Under the pieces are notes generated by a model. That model saw only the letters and a list, made by a program, of their open reading frames with translations. It had not been told where the DNA came from and did no database searches. From positions 1 through 64,000 of IMG/VR virus record IMGVR_UViG_2541047086_000003: DNA of 64,000 bases; one strand, written 5' to 3'. The stretch comes from an uncultured virus (IMG/VR IMGVR_UViG_2541047086_000003) (Duplodnaviria; Heunggongvirae; Uroviricota; Caudoviricetes). The position numbers and the translations under genes are program-made. Shown one piece after another: positions 61,374 through 64,000 of the stretch (within the stretch, counting starts at the first letter, position 1; the number at the start of each line of letters is the position of its first letter).

Positions 61374-62771
61374 TTATTTATCCAGAATTTTTTTCGCGTG
61401 TGAAAAATTTTGGTTTAAATTCCTGTTTTCTTTCATACTATTTAAAATAATTTCTTCATCCAGCCCTATTTTTTTTAGGATCAAAAATGTTAATAGACCA
61501 TTCATTCTTAAGGAAGCGTAATATTTCTCAACTGCTTGATGGAAAACCTTAGTTTTGTTTGTTAAGTCATAGTGAGTAAGATAGTTTCTAGTCTCAACAA
61601 GACCAAAAATAAAACTGTCTCTATTTTTACTATTACCCGAAAGGAAGTTTTTTGTATCTGTTGATTGTTGATTAAATAACTCCTTTAGTCGCTTCATTAG
61701 ATTAACTTCATTTATATGCTTTAACTTATTTAAGAAAAACGACTTATTGTCGTCTGAAACATTAGAATCAATAAACTCTCTTACTTTCTCAGTTTCAAAT
61801 ATTAGTTCTTGGTTAAATTCTGAACTGGAGCAATATCTTCTGTGAAATATCTCTAAACACTGAATATTTTTAATGAATTTGGTTTCCACAAACTCTTTCT
61901 GATCTTTACTATTCATAAATAAACTAACTATTGTGCTCAGCTTTTCTCTTTCTTGAAACCAGTTATTTAACAATGTTTCATAATTTGTTCTAACCTTATT
62001 GTAATCAAACAAGAAATTTGCATTCTTCTGTCTAAGGACTTCTCTGTGATGTTGAAAGTATTTATATTTCAATTGTCTTTTGTTTTCTTTCACGTTTAAT
62101 GTAATATTTATATCGTAGTTAATGTTGTTCATAAGAAGGTTTACGAGTCTAACCTGATGATTCACATTCTCATGAAACCAATTCAAATCTTTCCTTTCTG
62201 ATGGGATTATTTTGAATCCACTAACATGCTCCATAGATATACACTGTCCAGATTTCTGATTCTTAATCTTTACCTCACTAGTTTCTTGTACTATAAAATC
62301 TTTGACCGTAACCCTGTTTATATTTATTCTGTCATAATGTATTTCATGTTTTTTACCCTTAGAGTCAAACACTTGTGTGAAGGCATTCAAACCCATCCAT
62401 TCTGTTAAATTACCAGTTGAAAACTCGGCGGAGTCAAATTTTTCTGGGAATACCTTAGTGTAATCTCCTACTAAAAAACTCCTAATTTCATAAACTGAAG
62501 TGGGTATTCCAGGTGATCTGAAGTTTGAATTTCCTGCTGCAAGAACATCTAGCTTATACAATTCGCCATCTACTGATATTCCATTGATAACTTTTGGGGT
62601 GTCACCAATATCAATAAAGTCATTAACTAATGCACCCATTATCTCTAATGTAATTTCTTCTGGTTTATATATTAATGTACCTGGAACTTGGTTTTCTTTA
62701 TCTTTATCAATCCACCAATACCCTTGTACAGTAAAAACATCAAAAATATCCTTATTTACTATGTTTTTCAT
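61374..62771 (-). CDS. ApeA-like HEPN protein, candidate anti-phage effector
   Basis: GYWW...VPGTL N-terminus (ApeA NTD-like); C-terminal RNYLTH HEPN motif. Confidence 0.8.
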   Translation of the reverse strand: MKNIVNKDIFDVFTVQGYWWIDKDKENQVPGTLIYKPEEITLEIMGALVNDFIDIGDTPKVINGISVDGELYKLDVLAAGNSNFRSPGIPTSVYEIRSFLVGDYTKVFPEKFDSAEFSTGNLTEWMGLNAFTQVFDSKGKKHEIHYDRININRVTVKDFIVQETSEVKIKNQKSGQCISMEHVSGFKIIPSERKDLNWFHENVNHQVRLVNLLMNNINYDINITLNVKENKRQLKYKYFQHHREVLRQKNANFLFDYNKVRTNYETLLNNWFQEREKLSTIVSLFMNSKDQKEFVETKFIKNIQCLEIFHRRYCSSSEFNQELIFETEKVREFIDSNVSDDNKSFFLNKLKHINEVNLMKRLKELFNQQSTDTKNFLSGNSKNRDSFIFGLVETRNYLTHYDLTNKTKVFHQAVEKYYASLRMNGLLTFLILKKIGLDEEIILNSMKENRNLNQNFSHAKKILDK

Positions 62772-62917
62772 AAAAACTCCTTTTTGTCATCAATGGTTTT
62801 ATTAAAACTAATCAAAGGGGTGCTTTTTTCTTTAAATCACTCACTTAAGTCGTAAACAAAACTCCAATTGTTTCTCTCTTTCAATTAATTGATTATTTCA
62901 TGACCTCACTCTTTTAT

Positions 62918-63049
62918 TTAAAGCCGTTTCCATTCAACATACTCAAATCGCTGCTGATAAAGGTCTTCTAGGATCGCGGCCCATTCAACCCAACCGTCAG
63001 CAACAATGCTTTTCTTCTCTCCATCCTCAATCCATTCAATCCAGTACAC
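62918..63049 (-). CDS. yopG: 43-aa phage protein
   Basis: MYWIEWIEDGEKKSIVADGW...; synteny. Confidence 0.6.
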   Translation of the reverse strand: MYWIEWIEDGEKKSIVADGWVEWAAILEDLYQQRFEYVEWKRL

Positions 63050-63060
63050 CTGTACACTCC

Positions 63061-63276
63061 TCACCTAGTAATAACTTCAATTTGTCTTATGGCAGAAGTG
63101 ACTTTAAACTCTGTATGTAGCTCGTTTGAGATCACTAAAGCTTCTGACATTGTAGTGAACTTAGAAGCGCCATGAAGCCCCATAGATGCTATATAACCAC
63201 TGCCATCTAATTTAAATGACTTGAAGTAATCATCATTTTCAAATTGAATAACAAAAAAGTTATCGATAACCGGCAT
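63061..63276 (-). CDS. yopF: 71-aa phage protein
   Basis: Size and synteny. Confidence 0.55.
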   Translation of the reverse strand: MPVIDNFFVIQFENDDYFKSFKLDGSGYIASMGLHGASKFTTMSEALVISNELHTEFKVTSAIRQIEVITR

Positions 63277-63278
63277 AT

Positions 63279-63530
63279 CTAATCCCTCTTCAGCAGACCA
63301 ACAATTTTTATTCCAACAGGCAGCAATCCACTTAAAACGTAAAACACCATGATGTTTATTTTACTCTTAAAAAACAACTCTGCCATGTTTTGTTGCATTC
63401 CTGGTGAACATGAATCAATCAGTTCCTGTTTAAATTCCTCATCGTAAACTTGGTCAACGAATAAGGCTTTAAATCCCGTCAGGAAGCCGACACCAAGCCA
63501 GAGTATTAAGAAATATGAAAATCCAATCAA
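63279..63530 (-). CDS. yopE: 83-aa membrane protein
   Basis: Two hydrophobic segments; synteny. Confidence 0.55.
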   Translation of the reverse strand: MIGFSYFLILWLGVGFLTGFKALFVDQVYDEEFKQELIDSCSPGMQQNMAELFFKSKINIMVFYVLSGLLPVGIKIVGLLKRD

Positions 63531-63600
63531 AATAAAACCCTCCTCATATACATCGTCTGGTATTATAGTAGTGTTAAATACTTTGTGTAGGTGAAATTTA

Positions 63601-63783
63601 ATGGAAGAGAAAGATTTTGAGACTAACGGGTACGATGTAACAATTGTATATGATTATAAGGAGTATCCCGATGTTAAATATGGTCGCTGTGACAACTGTG
63701 ATTACGCTTTATTCAAGAGTTCAGTGAAAAGTGGTGTATTTTTGCGCGAGTGTCGTAGGTGTGGTATGAAGAAGAGCATTTAG
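63601..63783 (+). CDS. 60-aa Zn-ribbon protein
   Basis: CDNC...CRRC; AGGTG RBS; terminator-like hairpin ~63771-63799. Confidence 0.65.
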   Translation: MEEKDFETNGYDVTIVYDYKEYPDVKYGRCDNCDYALFKSSVKSGVFLRECRRCGMKKSI

Positions 63784-63797
63784 TTTGATGCTCTTTT

Positions 63798-64000
63798 TTA
63801 TTTCACTGGAATCATGTAGCTTACATATACTTCAATTCCGTCTTCAGTTTTATATTCCGCAATTTTGTCTGGATCCGATTCAATCTTTTCAATAAGCCGC
63901 TTTGCACTTTTATTGCCCTTTTCACTATTTGCAGCAACAATCCAAGACCAATAATTCCATTCAGTTATGCAGGGCTTAATCTTTTCTGGTATTTCATGAC
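63798..64000 (-). CDS. 3' end of a hypothetical gene (partial)
   Basis: Open frame ...KIAEYKTEDGIEVYVSYMIPVK-stop running in from the window edge. Confidence 0.5.
   Translation of the reverse strand, partial: HEIPEKIKPCITEWNYWSWIVAANSEKGNKSAKRLIEKIESDPDKIAEYKTEDGIEVYVSYMIPVK

Larger units (their letters stand above)
921..64000. mobile_element. SPbeta/phi3T-like prophage, early region (continues beyond window)
   Basis: Gene order yot-sspC-thy-yos/nrd-yor-yoq-yop-aim as in SPbeta; AT-rich; composition shift at ~920. Confidence 0.97.

Noticed and set aside
10..62805. Many short plus-strand ORFs in the track (e.g. 10-360, 3039-3422, 9569-9958, 42904-43314, 62500-62805)
   Set aside because: They are antisense shadows of well-supported minus-strand genes with no recognisable protein features.
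1..64000. tRNA or rRNA genes
   Set aside because: No cloverleaf or rRNA-like sequence recognised by eye; a tRNAscan-SE run would be needed to exclude them fully.

Overview
Bacillus subtilis-group DNA (host probably B. amyloliquefaciens/velezensis-like). Bases 1-~920 are the 3' part of the host xanthine permease gene pbuX, cut by an AT-rich SPbeta/phi3T-like prophage that fills the rest of the window and is read almost entirely on the minus strand. The window covers the phage early region: att end with a candidate recombination directionality factor, yot genes, sspC, dfr/thyA, dUTPase, nrdIEF, two DNA methyltransferases, the yor replication cluster, pghZ, SRAP/ligB, arrays of small accessory genes, yopP-Q-R/yopS and a full arbitrium locus (aimR, aimP encoding SPSRGA, aimX). 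Four group I introns resolve to the base: two in nrdE, one in nrdF and one in dnaE. The most unusual signal is a 16-bp quasi-palindrome, T(A/G)AAA-N6-TTT(T/C)A, found at about 24 junctions between accessory genes. It often contains the upstream stop codon and is followed by an RBS, and I did not see it in the core replication genes. This resembles an integron-like gene-cassette array, with the intact tyrosine recombinase YopP as a candidate enzyme (inference, untested). A second, strand-polarised repeat (SPBRE-like) occurs about 24 times. Candidate defence/competition cargo includes an ApeA-like HEPN gene, an EVE-like plus PD-(D/E)XK nuclease beside a methyltransferase, and a secreted Cys-rich bacteriocin-like gene with a putative immunity partner. 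Gene symbols are from recall of SPbeta/phi3T, not from database searches.
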